From NCBI GenBank assembly GCA_038881595.1, contig JAVZPM010000001.1, forward strand, positions 192,001-256,000: 64,000 bases of DNA, in the 5' to 3' direction. Within the stretch, counting starts at the first letter, position 1, and each line of letters begins with the position of its first letter. The notes under the pieces are model-generated. The model did not search any database. It was given only the letters and a program-made list of their open reading frames with translations, and was not told the DNA's origin. Positions 62,898 through 64,000 of the stretch are shown here, piece after piece. The position numbers and the translations under genes are program-made. The DNA is from Candidatus Micrarchaeia archaeon (GTDB taxonomy: Archaea; Micrarchaeota; Micrarchaeia; CABMEP01).

Positions 62898-64000
62898 ATG
62901 AAGAAATCTAATAAATTTATAAAGTTTACTTATTCATTATTCATTCTGTTTAGCCTAATTATTTTTGTTTATGCTCAAATACAAACACAAAGCCAACAGA
63001 CATGGCAGCAGTATGTTCCTAATTGGTTTCCTTTGTTTGCAGTTGCAATCGGAATAGGATTTGGAATAACTGGACTTGCGTTCATGTTAGCAAGAACTTT
63101 TCAACTTCCACAGATGGAAACATGGGCTAGAGCAGAATTGTTTGAGGTAACTGGAAGTGCATTCTTAGTTTTAATAATACTAATAACATTAGGAGTGATT
63201 GACAATCTATTCATTGCGGCAGTAGGAATGAAGCCAACAGATCTTTCACTTGACTTTACAAATAGAATTTCAGAAAGATTAATGGATAGATATATTGATT
63301 CTGTTAAGCTAGGTGCAGCAATAGGTATGCTTTCAGGTCCACCAGTTCAATATTTAGGTGCAACATCTTCAACGTCAGATAAAAGCGGTCAGCTAAATCA
63401 AGGAAGCGGTACTCAAGCTACAGGAGGCAACGACGGCAAACCAGAGCAGTCTTCAGAGACACCAAATAGAATCTGGATGGTAGCCATTAAATCTTTTAAA
63501 ATGAATTACCTAACGTTTTATGCTGCAGATGTTTTTAACGGTCATTTTAACTTAGTTCAATCTATAGCCTTAACTTCTTTAGCAGCATCTATATTTTCTC
63601 ATATATTATTGAATTTTATAAATAGTGTTGCAATTCCATTTTTAATTCCATTTGGATTGTTTTTGAGTATATTTACATTGACAAGGAAAATGGGGAGAAC
63701 TATAATTGCATTTGGTGTTGGGCTCTATCTCTTTGTTCCTCTTTCAATAATAATTGCTCAAACAATGTATGATTCTGTATTTAAGCCAAATTCTTCAATT
63801 CCTCCTATTAGTAGACCTTCAGGAAATTCAAATATAGATAGATTTACAAATGAAGTATTTGCTTATGAAGCTTTAGATCTACTTTCTCAGCTAGCAATTG
63901 CTCAATATGCGATTTTACGTAATTCAGATACTTCTTTAATACCAAGCTGTGCAGCTGGAGCCACTTCTCTTTCTTCAATATGTGGAATAGCTGCTCCAGC
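62898..64000 (+). CDS. Multi-pass membrane protein (runs off window end)
   Basis: Frame from ATG 62898 reads MKKSNKF...LAFMLARTFQLPQMETWARAELFEV...; several TM helices. Confidence 0.7.
   Translation, partial: MKKSNKFIKFTYSLFILFSLIIFVYAQIQTQSQQTWQQYVPNWFPLFAVAIGIGFGITGLAFMLARTFQLPQMETWARAELFEVTGSAFLVLIILITLGVIDNLFIAAVGMKPTDLSLDFTNRISERLMDRYIDSVKLGAAIGMLSGPPVQYLGATSSTSDKSGQLNQGSGTQATGGNDGKPEQSSETPNRIWMVAIKSFKMNYLTFYAADVFNGHFNLVQSIALTSLAASIFSHILLNFINSVAIPFLIPFGLFLSIFTLTRKMGRTIIAFGVGLYLFVPLSIIIAQTMYDSVFKPNSSIPPISRPSGNSNIDRFTNEVFAYEALDLLSQLAIAQYAILRNSDTSLIPSCAAGATSLSSICGIAAP

Overview
Chromosomal window from an AT-rich archaeon, most plausibly a DPANN lineage (Micrarchaeota-like; inferred from gene content, tRNA-Ile(UAU) and intron load). 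It starts inside a minus-strand rRNA operon (16S - tRNA-Ala - 23S) and continues through an N-glycosylation locus (aglB, GT4, GT9, FkbM), cdc48, a pilin-like cluster, several large surface proteins, the rnp4-rps19e-rpl39e-rpl31e-eIF6-rplX-pfdA-ftsY superoperon, tfe/rpoK, ispE, pus10, class I lysS and the rpl21e-rpoF-DUF655-rsmA cluster. Stable RNAs are heavily interrupted: by my count 4 insertions in the visible 23S, 3 in 16S and 7 in five of the seven tRNAs (canonical 37/38, 30/31 and T-loop sites). The most unusual items are: (i) an 800-nt 16S intron encoding an HTH + PD-(D/E)XK nuclease rather than a LAGLIDADG, with no stop codon inside the intron; (ii) a stand-alone single-repeat 92-aa TBP; (iii) a tRNA-Ile(UAU); (iv) a splicing endonuclease unit lacking the catalytic His, next to a histone-fold gene and an unannotated 55-aa hyper-acidic microprotein; (v) a bacterial-type IspE; and (vi) two doubly frameshifted glycosylation genes. 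All calls were made by eye from motifs; no searches were run.
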